The notes below the pieces were generated by a model that worked only from the letters and a program-made list of their open reading frames with translations, was not told the DNA's origin and ran no database searches. A program made the translations under genes and the position numbers. DNA of 60,000 nt from Squalus acanthias (taxonomy: Eukaryota), in the NCBI GenBank assembly GCA_030390025.1, contig CM059438.1:65288001-65348000 (forward strand), in the 5' to 3' direction. Shown here one piece after another: positions 47,460-60,000 of the stretch; within the stretch, counting starts at the first letter, position 1, and each line of letters starts with the position of its first letter.

Positions 47460-47760
47460 TTCGCGAGATCTGGGCATCACCGACAAGACCAGTCTTTATT
47501 GCCCATCCCTAGTTGCCCTTCAGAAGGTGGTGGTGGGCCACCTTCTTCAACCACTGCAGTCCGTGTGATGAAGGTGCTCCCACGGTGCTGTTAGGGAGGG
47601 AAGTCCAGGATTTTGACCCAGTGATGATGAAGGAACGGCCTTATATGTTCAAGTCAGGATGGAGTGTAACTTGGAGGGGAACTTGGAGTTGGTGGTGTTC
47701 CCATGTTCCTGTTGCTCTTGTCCTTCTAGGTGGTGGATGTTGTGGGTTTGGTAGAGGTTA
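47460..47760. mobile_element. Dispersed repeat, same family as 17945-18195
   Basis: Direct similarity over ~250 bp. Confidence 0.75.
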
Positions 47761-48717
47761 CTAAAGAGGTCTGGTCAGGTCAGAGCTTAATTGCTCTTCA
47801 GGCTGTAGTTTGAGAACCCTGGTTTTCTTGTTTTAAGTCTGATAGGTTAGACAGTTAGCAGTTAAAGGTCTTTTGGCTCCTATGGCAATTAAGGTATTTT
47901 AATTTGCAGGGGGTCGTGGTACATTCCAAATGACTCCCCTTGTTTGTTTTTCCTTTTCAGGACAGGAATAGTCTGCTAAACATGCCGTTTTTATTATAGT
48001 GTAGCTTATTGCAATTCTTGAGGCACCTACAGTTCTGGTACACTAGATTTCTATGTTCATAAACAAACATTTAAGTACCAAAAAATTAATCGTGATGAAA
48101 TCACATCTTCTTCCTTGTTCCTACAACAGATGGTTCTGCACTGCGCGTTGGAAGATAATGAGTTGAAATTAAGAAAAAACAAATCAGCTTACAGGAAGAA
48201 CAACTCCGTGAATATCTTCTAATCACAATTTGAAATTACGGGGCATTGATCTGTGTGCAAAACAAATCCTCCCAAGTTGCTGTTTACACCACACAAAGCA
48301 TCTTGGCATTGATCCAGTTCTTGATTCTCTGAAAAGCAGCAAAACCTACAAACTCATCTTTTGCGGAAAAGGGGCAAATGTAGTAAGTCCAGGAGAGCTT
48401 TCGATGAATAAAATTATAATTGAAAATGCGTGCTGCAGCCTCAGGCAATGGTACCCACTTAAGATCTGGTTGCAGGCCCCACATTCATCCAGGTTTTAAC
48501 GATATGCTAAACCTTGCATTCCAATTGATGCGCTGCTGTGATCCACAGGCTTTGCCAGCTGGAAGGCCTGTGCAAACTGCCGTGGCAGCTCACTCAGCTC
48601 TCAGTGGACTTTGCCAGACGTGGAACTGAGCCATACAGGATGAGAAGGTTCCAACTTTGTTCCGGGTTACTGGATCCGAGTGGGGGGCTGGCTGTTGATG
48701 TGCTACAGTGTAAAAAG

Positions 48718-49025
48718 GGGGCATAAACTTAAAATTAAAGCTAGGCCATTCATGGGCGATGTCAGGAAGCACTTTTTCACACAAAGGTTAGTGGACATCT
48801 GGAAATCTTTCCCCCACCACACCGCACCACACCCCAAGAAAAAAGGCTGTTGAGGCTAAGTCAATTGAAAATCTCAAAACTGAGATTGATACAGTTTTGT
48901 TAGGTAAGGGGATTAATGGATACAGAACCAAGGCAGGTAAATGGAGTTAAGATACAGATCAGCCATGATCTAATTGATTGACAGAACAGGCTCAAGGAGC
49001 TGAATGGCCTACTCATGTTCCTATG
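48718..49025 (+). mobile_element. CR1 3' end
   Basis: RGHKLK...FFTQRLVDIW remnant and 3' UTR. Confidence 0.85.
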
Positions 49026-49339
49026 CCCCTACATTTGCAGACATGCCAAATTTTGATGAGTATCAGGCGTGAGATTTACCAGCACGACGTGGGCAGAAGA
49101 CACAAGGTTCTCCTGATGCAGTAACAGCTGCCCAGGGCTAGACCACAGCTTCTAGTTTATTCAACTGCCCCCAGGATGAAGCATCTGCAATTTAACAGAT
49201 TAAATGTATCACCAGCATTCTGTGTCTTAATAAGAGAGGAAGTCAGGCTCTGCAGCCCCTTGTGTCTTGGTTTTATGTTATTTTATGATTGGCTTTTTGG
49301 GTCTTGGGCTGAGGATCCAGTGCCATGCTTGGGGTTGTC

Positions 49340-49718
49340 CAGGGTTACCAACGCTGGTTGGGAGAATTCCTGCAGGTTTCATCACATGACCTTCCACCTC
49401 TAACAGCCCCATCCTCCCCCTCCTGTGATTGGTCACCTTATACGTCCATTCTCATGATGCACTACCTTACCACATCAATTGGAAAGTAAACCAAATCTTC
49501 TTCACCCAATTGGATGATTCTTGGATGCCAGGCAAGCAGCCTTTTGTTCCCATCTCCAATATTCTTAAGAGTAATAAATTAAAGTGTTCTAAGAAAATAA
49601 ATAAACTGCACTTTCTTTTTAATCCCCCTATGATTTATTTTTCTCGGGTTGCTCGCAGCAGTGTCCAATCTTCAATTCCTGGAGGCTCCAGGAAAATCTT
49701 GAAGATTTAACAACCCCA
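49340..49718. mobile_element. Non-autonomous hAT-type DNA transposon
   Basis: Ends CAGGGTTACCA / TAACAACCCCA; 8-bp flanks GGGTTGTC / GGGATGTC (7/8), the hAT TSD length. Confidence 0.65.
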
Positions 49719-50208
49719 GGGATGTCGGTGTTGTGCCCACAAAGACTTGAGTCCCAATCGCCATCGTTTTGTTGCTGCCCCTCTCAACTTGGACAAAGGG
49801 AGAGATTGTTAAGAGTATAACGGTGTCTGCTTACCATTATGTCTAAGCTGCATGGAAATTTGTCATGTAAGCATGAGATTTTGAGACTCACGCTGAATGC
49901 ATGAGACTTGCCCTCTGAAATGGCCCAGAAAGCCTAACAAATGTAAAACAATCGCAATGGTTCAATCAGGGATGGGCAATAAACGTGGTGTTGACAGAAT
50001 CACCCAGACCCACATCCTGAGAACCAATAATAGTTAGCTGGAAAGAACAAAAAGCAGAGTCCAAAAACACCGTAGATTAAAAAATAAATATACATTTTAT
50101 AGACCCCCAATTTGACATGCATGCATAAATTCCTGTCCCTCTCTGTAACTGTTAAGAATCTCTCCCTGGCTCATCATTTGAACCAATCGTCTCTTCTATT
50201 AGAATGAT

Positions 50209-50987
50209 GGGCTGGATTTTGAATGACCCATGGAGTCGGGTTTGGAGGCGTGTGGGGGGTTAAATTTGTGGGGTCGGGGTTTCCGACCCCATCCCGACTC
50301 CATCCCGCCTCCACGCAATTTTGACAAAATCAGTCGCGGGGTTCCCGACTCCGTCCCGCCTCCAAGAGGCGGGAGAGGCCATTAAAGCCCTTAACAAGCT
50401 CTAAATTGGCTATGTAATGCCATTTTGAAACGTTTTAGCTAGTTTAACCCTTTTCTGACGTGAAGTACGCCTGGTGTGAAACACTCCAGTGAAACCTGGC
50501 GGGACCACAAGTGGACAGCTGACTATCAGCTGCAGGTCCACTATTACAACGGAGATGTGATGAAGGTAGTAGTAGTATTAGGTCTGAAAGTCGCCGCTGC
50601 TGCATTGAATGTGTTCAGAGACTGCCTGGCCTTTGCTGTGAGAGGACTTGGATGCAAAAAATATTATCTCTCTCTCTCTCTCTCGCTCTCTCCTTCTCCC
50701 CCCCTCCCCCCCATATTTTGCATCCAGGTCCACTCACATCAAAAGCAAGCCTGGCAGGTCCTCTCTCACCAACAGTCCCTGAGACTAGGCAGTCAGCAAT
50801 GATGACATCATCAGAGGCGACTTTCAGACTGAAACCACTAATTGGTTCATGGGTTCCCACATGCTGGAACTCAATTGCCCAATTAAGTGAAAATTGCATC
50901 ATTCATCCACATTAATCTGGAGTCGGGGGGGAAACACGAAATGCGGATTACACGACCCCAACCCGACCCCAAGACAAAATCCAGCCC
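50209..50987. mobile_element. Non-autonomous Harbinger element
   Basis: Perfect 13-bp TIR GGGCTGGATTTTG; TSD GAT on both sides. Confidence 0.93.
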
Positions 50988-51837
50988 GATGTCTTTTTAC
51001 CCTTTGTCTGATCTCTCTCTCTATTCCTAATTTTTAGATGACGTCCCTGTTTCTGAAACCTTTGCCCGTCTGAACAATTTGTGTGGAACGCTAAGCGGCT
51101 GTTTTGTCTGCTGGGTTGATGGGGTCGGGCTCAGTGAGACGGATGGAAGCTGTGCGGTGGCACTTCACCGTGATGGCTATGTGATATTTGTGCTGGGAAC
51201 AAAAGTGTTGCTTTGTGTGGAGCAGTAACGACCTAAACACTTTGCAATCATGTTGTGGAATCTTAACATATTGTTCGAAGGGCTCTCCAAAATGACTCGG
51301 GGGGGTCCGTGATACTTCAACTGCAATTTTCAGTTCAGTCTAGCAGCGCAATAATCCATTGGAAATCCCTTTGGAATGCTATAAGTCTAATTTTGAAAAG
51401 GGTTATGACAGGATCCTGACATTTCAAAACACATTTACCACAGAACTTCCATGTTGGGGTCTACGCAAAGAGGAAACAATTCCACTTTGTAAAGCTTCAT
51501 AGCAATTACAAGGAGAACAATTAGACAAGGCATCTTTTCGTCTTGATGTTTCGAAGATTTATTGCTCGGGGGGGAATACGGTTTTTGTCTGGCCAATGAT
51601 TCCATATGCTTATAAGTTGCAAACTTACCACTGTCCACATGACTATTATGCAGTGGGTCCGGTGCTTCACTTGGCACAGTACATATGAACAGTAGGCCAT
51701 TCAGCCCCCCGAGCCTGTTCTGCTAGTAGAATTTCAACAGCTGCCACTTTATTCATCCGGGGCCTTGAGGTGAGCCAACTGATTTCACCCCCCCTGCCCC
51801 CCAATTTTTTCTCCTGTATTCCTCTCCTGGAGATATT

Positions 51838-51934
51838 GCTGTAGAAATTCAGCAGCCCATTTTACACTCCTGAAGCAGGCTGCCGGTTCGCTATCACCCA
51901 TTATGCGTTACCGCCCAAGAGGAACTTCTACTGC
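51838..51934. mobile_element. Possible tiny MITE
   Basis: GCTGTAGAAATTC ... GAACTTCTACTGC imperfect inverted ends; CCCATT(T/A)T motifs as in other MITEs here. Confidence 0.35.
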
Positions 51935-52482
51935 CCTGACTCGGGCGTCAGATCCACAGCTGGGGACGGGCCTGCAGTGCCTCACCTAAGTGACCGTTCG
52001 TCGTGTCTGACTCCTTGACAGTGAGCGTTGGCTGGTGATTTGACTGTTCAGAGCATCATAGCTGAGCTCGAGCCTGTCCTCGCCCAATATCCACACATGC
52101 ACATATTCCAGCGGCGCACACTGGTGGACTATCAGAAGACGAAACCTCTGATTTTATTTTCCCTTCTATAGCCCAGGGCACTGAGGCCATTTGTAGCACT
52201 GACTGAGGGCAGCTAACTCGGCACAGTGTCGAGATGAAGCCTGGGACCTGCAAGACCAGTATGGTTCAGTACCATTCCAGCTGGATTCATTTATCTGCTG
52301 AGTAATGAATTTAAATTATAAATCAATCTGTTCTTTCAATTAAGGAGGATTACCTACTTTCCTATATTCTAAAAGGTTCTTAATGATGTGGAATGAAGCA
52401 AAGAGTTTCATTATACAGTTTGGTTCTTGTTGTAATTTTGTTTGCTGTCAGCTATGTGCTGTAGAACCTTATTTTAAACTTG

Positions 52483-52988
52483 GGGCTGATTTGAACGTTC
52501 AGCAGTGGCGGAAAACAGTCTGTATCGGATTGGCCGCCCATTATACACCCCTGCCCAATTTTCAGCCATGGCTCAGTGGGTAGCACACTCGCCTCTGAGT
52601 CAGAAGGTTGTGGGTTCAAGTCCCACTCCAGAGACTTGAGCAGAAAAATCTCAGCTGACACTCCAGTGCAGTACTGAGGGAGTGCTGCACTGTCAGAGGT
52701 GCGTATTTCCGGTCTTCCTGTCAAATGTATGAAGGGAGATTCCCTTCTCTGATTGGCTCCCCATGGCCCACGTGATCCCAGGGAGGCTGCGAACTACCTG
52801 CGCCTCTGGGATACGTGGGCCCTGCTCACCGGCAGTTTGGAGAGGCCCAGCAGCAGAACTGTGCGCCTCCCGGGAGCCCTCAGGTAAGGGCGCAGATTTT
52901 TCCAGATCGCAGCCCTCCAGCCCGCGGGAGGGCTGTGATCGGAATATCTGGGCCAATCTTTCTTTCTTTTTCTTTCTTTCTTTCTTTT

Positions 52989-53057
<69 letters not shown>

Positions 53058-53090
53058 TGCTCGATTTCCCTGCCATGTTAAAATCAGCCC
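52483..53090. mobile_element. Non-autonomous Harbinger-type element containing a Deu SINE head (52561-52703, +) and a microsatellite
   Basis: TIR GGGCTGATTT(G/T)AAC 13/14; TSD not preserved. Confidence 0.7.
52957..53057. repeat. (TTTC)n microsatellite
   Basis: Direct. Confidence 0.98.
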
Positions 53091-53239
53091 TATAAAGTCT
53101 TCAAGCCTCTCTTTCCCTGTAAATGATTTGGCACTGCTTCCTGACTGTTCCAACAATAGTTGTTAGCTATTGAAAAATTGTTGTGTGAAGCAGGCACAGT
53201 GGAAACTGTTTGATCTCCACTTGTTGATCTTGCCCTTTC

Positions 53240-54985
53240 TCAAAGGGGATGGTAATGGGACAAGTAAAGAAACAAAAGATGTGTCTAGAGGTATTGGCCC
53301 AGAAATTCGCCTCTCCGGCTTGCCGCGGGGGTAAGGATCATGCGCGCACTTACCTACCGCGCCTGCCGTTCTGCTTCTGGCCCACGGGGACTTCAGCTCC
53401 TGGGCCTGCTCCAACTGCCCGCGCGCAGTGCTTGCGTGTCCCAGGGGCATAGTTAGTGCGATGCGTCCCCTGGGATCACGTGGGCCATGGAGAGCCAATG
53501 GCAGCAGACCATCTTTCATTCATAGATTTGACAAGAAGACCTGTCAAATCTATGAATTGAAATCGGCCCCAAAACAACAGCTAAACTTCAAATACATTTT
53601 TTAAAAAACCATCACATTTTTAAAATAACTGTAAGTTAAATAAATTAACTACTTTAAACAAAAATTTAAATTTTTGAAAAAATTAAAATACTTTTTAACA
53701 GTGCTAAAAATAAACTTACCTTTCTTTAAAGTATCTAAAAAAGATAAACCTGTTGAAAAATTTTTTACATTATAATTAATTAACCACTTACCTTGTTGAA
53801 AACGGGTCCTGCGCCTCCTTTTTAAAAGCGCAGGTTCTTCAATACTTACCCTCCCGGAGAAACCTGAAAAAAAAACTAAGTTTGCTGCGTGCGCGCAGCC
53901 TCTACCACGCACGCGGTTCACCTCTGAACCGCTCCCTTCACGAGACCGGAAGTTCCGGTTTCCCGCGCATGCGCAGTGCATGCAGGAAACCGGCACTTCA
54001 GGAGGCCTTACGGGTGAGTACACAGTGCGTACTCACCCGGAAAGTGCCGAATTTTTGGCCCAATGTAAATGGCAACAGCAGAACCATTACCAGCACCTGC
54101 TGTCCGAAAAAATGGGGGCAGTGGTTATGATCTGAAATTGTTGAACTCGATGTTGAGTCTGGAAGGTTGTAAATTGCCTAATTGAAAGATGAGGTGCTGT
54201 TCCTTGAGATTCTGTTGCGCTTCTTTGGACAGTGTAGGAGGCCAAGGACAGAGGGTACACAGTGGGAGTGGGGCAGAGAATTAAAATGGCATGCGGCTGG
54301 AAGCCCAGGGTCACGCTTGCGAACTGAACAGAGGTGTTCAGCAAAGCGATCACCCAATCTGCGTTTGGTCTCCTCAATGTAGAGGAGACCGCATCGTGAG
54401 CAGCGAATACAGTATACTAAATTCAAAGAAGTACAAGTAAATCGCTGTTTCACCTGGAAGGAGTGTTTGGGACCTGGACAGTGGGAAGGGAGGAGGTGAA
54501 AGGGCAGGTGTTGCATCTCCTGCACTTGCACGGGAAGGTGCCATGGGAAGGGGAGTGGGTGTTGGGGCTGATGAAAGAATGGACCAGGATGTCGTGGAGG
54601 GAACGATCCCTTCGGAATGCTGAAAGAGTTGGGGAGGGAAAGATGTGTTTGGTTCTGGCATCGTGCTGGAGGTGGCAGAAATAGCAGAGGATGATCTGTT
54701 GAATGTGGAGGCTGGTAGGGTGGAAGGTAAGGACAAAGGGAACACTATCCTGGTTCTGGGAGGAAGGGGAAGGGGTGAGGGCCCTGTCAAACACGGTGCA
54801 GGGGAATCCTTGATGGAGGAAAAAGGAATACATATCAGAAGCACTGGTGTGGAAGGTGGCATTGTCAGTACGGATGGGACAGAGACGGAGAAATTGGGGG
54901 AATGGAATAGAGTCCTTACAGGAAGAAGGGTGGGAGGAAGTTTAATCAAGGTAGTTGTGGGAGTCAGTGGGCTTATAGTAGAATA
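53240..54985 (-). mobile_element. Penelope-like element fragment (RT C-terminus + GIY-YIG endonuclease), 3' UTR interrupted by a MITE
   Basis: YYKPTDSHNYL, KDSIPFSQFLRL, FTCTSLNLVYCIRCSRCGLLYIEETKRRLGDRFAEH; UTR resumes at 53295-53240 resembling 16388-16425. Confidence 0.92.
53296..54061. mobile_element. Non-autonomous Harbinger-type element rich in hairpins
   Basis: TIR GGCCCAGAAATTCG vs GGGCCAAAAATTCG (12/14); flanks ATT/AAT; cleanly interrupts the Penelope UTR. Confidence 0.8.
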
Positions 54986-56778
54986 AGTAATGTCATTTTC
55001 TGAGCCAGTTAGTATAACTACACCCAAAGAGACACAATCTGCAGAGTGCAATGCTCAGCCAGCAGGGCTAAGATATATTGCCAACTGTGTTTTGCATTAA
55101 GCTCAGTGATGAAGGAGCTCTGCTTCCTAACTGTTTATGTTAGGACTGTGCAGGTGGTTGCATCTGAATTCTCGTGAGGTTAAAAGGATTGGGGAAAAAT
55201 GTATAAATTCCCCAGGAGTGTACTGAAATGCCTGGGCAATTATTAATACGTGGCTTTGCACAGGACTGGGGTTATGTTGTGCCTGGTGCAAAGCAATGTG
55301 AGGTAGCTGTTAGATCTGACTTGGGAGTCAGATTAATAGCCGGACTCCAAAGTTACGAGCACCACTTTTACACCTGAATCTGCTTTACAGTGAGGCAAGG
55401 TTAGCCGAATAAGCACTCCGTGAATCTCTCTGGCAAAATAACAGTCAGTAATACAAGGGAACAGTGCAGGATCTGAAAACTTAGACAGCGCGTATATATT
55501 CCTCCCTGAATAAATGATTATAGTTTTACACAAACTGATTACCTGAGGTTAATATTTGGAATACCGATAGTCTGTCCAAAAATCTATGTTTCAGATTTGT
55601 CAAACTGTAAACTCTTAATTGATGTAGTTTTCACATATTTAAACTATTTTTTACACAATTTTAGTGTATTTTCAATTCATCAATGTGATGGTTATCAGCA
55701 CTATAAGTCCAAACGCTGTCTACTTTTAACACAAAATACCAATTGCAGAGTAAAGCCTTGTCTTTTCTACATCAACAACCTCCCTTAACCCCAGCCTCAC
55801 GACTATAGTGACGAAAAGACTTTGGACGTGTGTAATTCGGAACAGCTCAAATGAAACACTGGGAACCACTCGGAATACCTGGGACCAACTGGCTCCTACA
55901 GGTCAACCCTCACCCTTGACCTCTGTGTCAGTGTCCGATACAAAGTATGACTGGATCCGTACATTCCAAGGGCAGCACCTCCCACATGCATGCCTTCCTT
56001 CAATACTGCGATGCTGCTCTTTGCTACCTTCTCAATCCTTCTCCCCTCCGCTCTCTTTCCATGCCGTGTGAAGAGGTTAATAGTTTTACTGGGCCTTGAC
56101 CAAATAAACTCTGCTTGGCAGGAAATGAAAAGCTGCCTGGATTCTTTCCTGACTTTCACAATGAATAAATATCTAAAATAACAGGATTCGGCAAAGGCTA
56201 ACTGGTCCTTAACCTGTAACTGCAGGTAAAACTGAGCATTTGGTCAGTATTGAGTGGGTGAGTGGAGCAAGCAGGGCAGTCTCACTCTTGTGTGATGGAT
56301 TATGTTGGAAGGTTACCTTTAATTCCAATATTCAGCAGCATCTCCAATCCTACAAGAAATGTATCCTTCAAAGCGACAAGCTCTTTGAATTAAATTATTC
56401 CTGCAAAGCAGCTATACACAGATTTCTTTTTCTACCAAGGCCAATTGCAAGTGTCCAGCAAGATTACCAGTTGTGTTGAAACATAATCCTTTCCTAGGGT
56501 TAGATTGAAAGCCAGAAAGTAGAAGCATCTAAAGCCGATAATGAGCACATAAGCATACAGCCCTGCAGGTAAATTACTTATAAAAAGGTGCCACCCATAG
56601 CACTACCAATACTCATAATTCTGTTGACGATTTCTTGATATGTCATTATTCTGTTAACGTGTTTTATTCACAGGGACACAAGGGAAAGAGAGAAGACAGA
56701 AAGAAATTACCCCCACTCTTCTATCTCTGGAACAACATTACAGTTATTAATGCAATAGTGCAAAAAACAATCACTTTA

Positions 56779-57110
56779 GGTGCCAGTCGTGGTTCACTCT
56801 CGCCTCCAAGTCAGAAGGTTGTGGGTTCAAGTCCCATTCCAGAGACTTGAGCACAAAAATCTAGGCTGACACTCCTAGTGCAGTGCTGAGGGAGTGCTTC
56901 ACTGTCAGAGGTACCGTCTTTTGGATGAGACGTTAAACCGAGGCCCTGTCTGCTCTCTCAGGTGGACGTAAAAGATCCCATGGCACTATTTGTGAAGAAG
57001 AGCAGGGGAGTTATCCCCGGTGTCCTGGCCAATATTTATCCCTCAACCAACATCACTAAATAAAAAACAGATAACCGGGTCATTATCACAATGCTGTTTG
57101 TGGGCTCCTG
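56779..57110 (+). mobile_element. Deu-domain SINE, 3'-truncated
   Basis: Matches 23187-23525. Confidence 0.9.
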
Positions 57111-57159
57111 CTCATTAAGTTCACCACACGCATATTAACCTATCAGAGAGAAAGACAGA

Positions 57160-57826
57160 GGGCTGGATTTTCATTGGCCTGTGGAGGCGGGTTTGGAGGC
57201 GTGTGGGGGGGTAAAATTGCGAAAACTGGCGGGCGGGCACAAGTCCGCCTCCATCCCGCCTCCACGCAATTTTAATTAAATCGTGTCTACTGGTCCCGAC
57301 TCCGTCCCGCCTCTAAGAGGTGGGATAGGCTGTTAAGGCCCTTAATAAGCACTAAATTGCCTCTATAATGCTATTTTGAAAGGCCTTTGTGATTTTAACC
57401 CTTTTTCTATGTGAAGCACGCCAGTTCTGAACCACGAATGTGAAACCTGGTGGGAGCATGGCTGGCTGGCTATGGGATGCATATATGGATAGCTATATGG
57501 ATGGAGAGGAGACATATCTGGGAGCAGTGGTGTAAAAATATCTGGGAGCAGACTTAGGGCTGCTGCTGCTCATTTTGCATCCAGGTCCTCTCACAGCAAA
57601 GGCCAGGCAGTCTTTGAAGACCTTCAATGCAGCAGCAATGATGACATCATCAGAGGCGACTTTCAGACTGAAAACACTCATTAGTTCATGGGTTCCCACA
57701 TTCTGGAACTCAATTGCCCAATTAGGTGAAAATTGCATCAATCTCCCACATCCAATTGCAGTCGGGTGGATAACACGAAAAGTGGATGACACGACCCCAA
57801 CCCGCCCCAGTATCAAAATCCAGCCC
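57160..57826. mobile_element. Non-autonomous Harbinger element, same family as 50209-50987
   Basis: 12-bp TIR GGGCTGGATTTT; flanks AGA/TGA; colinear similarity. Confidence 0.92.
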
Positions 57827-58479
57827 TGAGTGTAAATAGTTGCAGCTTTTTCTTTGGTTGACCAAACTCCTTTGTCTACCAGAAAGCTTTGCACAAAAAC
57901 AAATTCCACAGCTCTCAGAACAGCCTATGAATTTATATCACCAAAGCAGTGACCTCCTTTCCCTTCGCCATTGGCAGCTTCCATTCTTCTGAATTCGCTG
58001 CCTCATTATCGCAGTTTAATTTTTCATACACTGTGGAAACAGCTCATTTTCTCCAAATTGATGTCAATCAGTTGGAGACATTTTTTGATTCCTGTGCCCA
58101 TTGATCCATCAAATAACACACCATGCCTTTAAGGGAACAAATTATACTTTCAGACACTTTTACAAGATCACAAGATAAATGCAGATGAAGAAAACCATTT
58201 GGTTCCTTTTAGCTCATCAATCTGGAAAAATCTACAGCATCCGACTTTATACTTCAACTAAATTCATTCTGCATGTCTTCTTGTGAAAGAGCATTTTCTG
58301 ATATCAATAGATGGGTTTGAGGAATGAAAGATTATAATTATGAAAAAAGGCTAAAAAAAATTGTTTTTTTAATTAGAGGTTTTCAAAATGCTGAAAGGTT
58401 TTGCGAGGGTCAATAGGGAAAGACTGTTTCACTGGTTGTGAATCAGTAACAAAGATCAGAGACTGAAGATTATTATATT

Positions 58480-59281
58480 GAGACTTCACCTTGTTCCAGC
58501 CCTCTTGCCTCTCCTTTAAAATCCTCATTCTTTTCTGCTTACCCAAGCCCCGCCCCAAGTTTCTCACCAAAATATCCTCACTCCTTTCCTCCCTCAGCCT
58601 CTGCACTGTGCGGTTTCTCATCCTCTGTGATTTCAAACTCCATCTCAAATCACCTTGCCCTCTCTCCTCCGAGTTCACTGCTCCTTTGTTCTCCCGTAAC
58701 CTCTCCCTCCACATAAACTAACACAAACCCACATTACCATCACCCCCTCGACCTTACCATTTTATGTGACCTCTCTATTCCCATCGTGTCAACTTACAAT
58801 GGTATTCTCAAAGTCACAACTGTCTAGCCTTTGGCCATTTGTTCGCCTCGATACTCTGCAATTATCGAGCTGCTCAATCACACCCTCAGCTCCGCCTTTA
58901 ATGCCCTTGTCCCCAGCAAAACCTTTGCTCTCTGCCACCTTGGTCGTTCCACCTGGTACGACCCCCATTTTTACTCCCTTAAGACCAAGGGTCGCAGTAT
59001 TGAATGTATATGACAATTATCTATTTCAGCGATTTATTTGGCTGGACCACATCAAGAATTATTGCGCCCTGCTCCCAAATCCGTGCCCATCTTTCCCGCA
59101 ACTCCATGTTTGAAACTCTCCAATCAGGTTTCCACCCCTGCCACAACATTGAAATGGCCCTTATCAAAGTCAGAAATTACATCTTATGCAACTGTGAGCT
59201 GAACGCTCCTCAACCTTCTCGACCTGCCTGCAGTCTTTGACATGCTTGACCACACCATCCTCCTCAAACACCTCTCCTCTG
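58480..59281 (+). mobile_element. Degenerate L2-type LINE ORF2 fragments
   Basis: C-rich strand; LILCDFKLH (GDFN-like), FETLQSGFHPCHNIEMALIKV, LLDLPAVFDMLDHTILL. Confidence 0.8.
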
Positions 59282-60000
59282 AGTTTTGTGTCTCGCAGGT
59301 GTGGTTATGGTTCTTGATCCATGCCCTGGGTTAACAGAAACTGTCACTTAGGGAGAGATCTTAGTGGGAAATCCTTTCTATCTCATTTGATGTTATGGTA
59401 TCAAATTGTAGCAATCAGTTTGAGAATTGATGACAGCCATCCAGGGAGTTAGTACCACACCACACTGAAACAGCACATAACTATGGTGTGGGGGGATGGG
59501 GGGATCAGAACCCCGATTTTGGTGTTTCCTGTTTGAAGGTAGAACAAATTAAACTTTTTATTTAAAGATTTCCCCAACTACCAAAAAAAAACCAGATTAA
59601 TTGAAGGACAAAAGATGCATGGGGTACGAATTCCTCTGGTCACTGTGAGTGGTGATATTATAAGTGTGTTTTAGGAGATTTCCCCTATTCACTATTTCTA
59701 GTGAAATTGTAAAAACACATCTATGAGTTTGCTAGAATTACTGCACAGAGGAAATCGTCAATGTCTTTACAATGTCACTGTGCATGGCAATCAGAAAAAT
59801 TCTTGCCCTCAATTGACAACAATTCCCAAATGGTGGATGACAGCTGCACTTACAGTACATCCGGTAATGGATGATACCAATAGGAGATATCAGTTCTGAT
59901 AAAAAGGCGCAAATTACAAAACGATCAAGATTCACAGATCCCTCTGCACCAAAGTGAAATGGAAGAAAAGAGTACTGTGGGTAGGCAGGGCTGTTATATA

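Noticed and set aside
52693..53156. Lys/Arg/Glu-rich and Phe-rich ORFs
   Set aside because: Translations of the (TTTC)n microsatellite

Overview
Eukaryotic, transposon-saturated genomic DNA, most likely from a cartilaginous fish (shark-type HE1 V-SINE, Deu-domain tRNA SINEs, HER1/CR1-type LINE tails). No intact host gene could be recognised, and most ORFs in the supplied track are antisense or shadow frames of repeats. The window holds: (i) four PIF/Harbinger DNA transposon copies of different ages with the two-gene convergent layout (intron-containing Myb/SANT-like gene plus DDE transposase); (ii) several non-autonomous Harbinger-type elements with short TIRs and 3-bp TSDs, and one hAT-type element; (iii) many CR1 LINEs, one near full length (ORF1 zinc finger + esterase, ORF2 EN+RT) with a second CR1 replacing part of its RT; (iv) two Penelope-like fragments, one with a minimal hammerhead-ribozyme motif; (v) a 1741-bp solo LTR with a 5-bp TSD; (vi) L2 and other LINE remnants, SINEs and tandem repeats. 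Most notable: the long solo LTR with ORF-like U3 content, an internal TAG shared by two diverged Harbinger Myb genes just before a conserved AT-hook/basic tail, and an old transposase split by a ~9.9-kb stack of nested insertions. All alignments were made by eye. Boundaries without a TSD are approximate.
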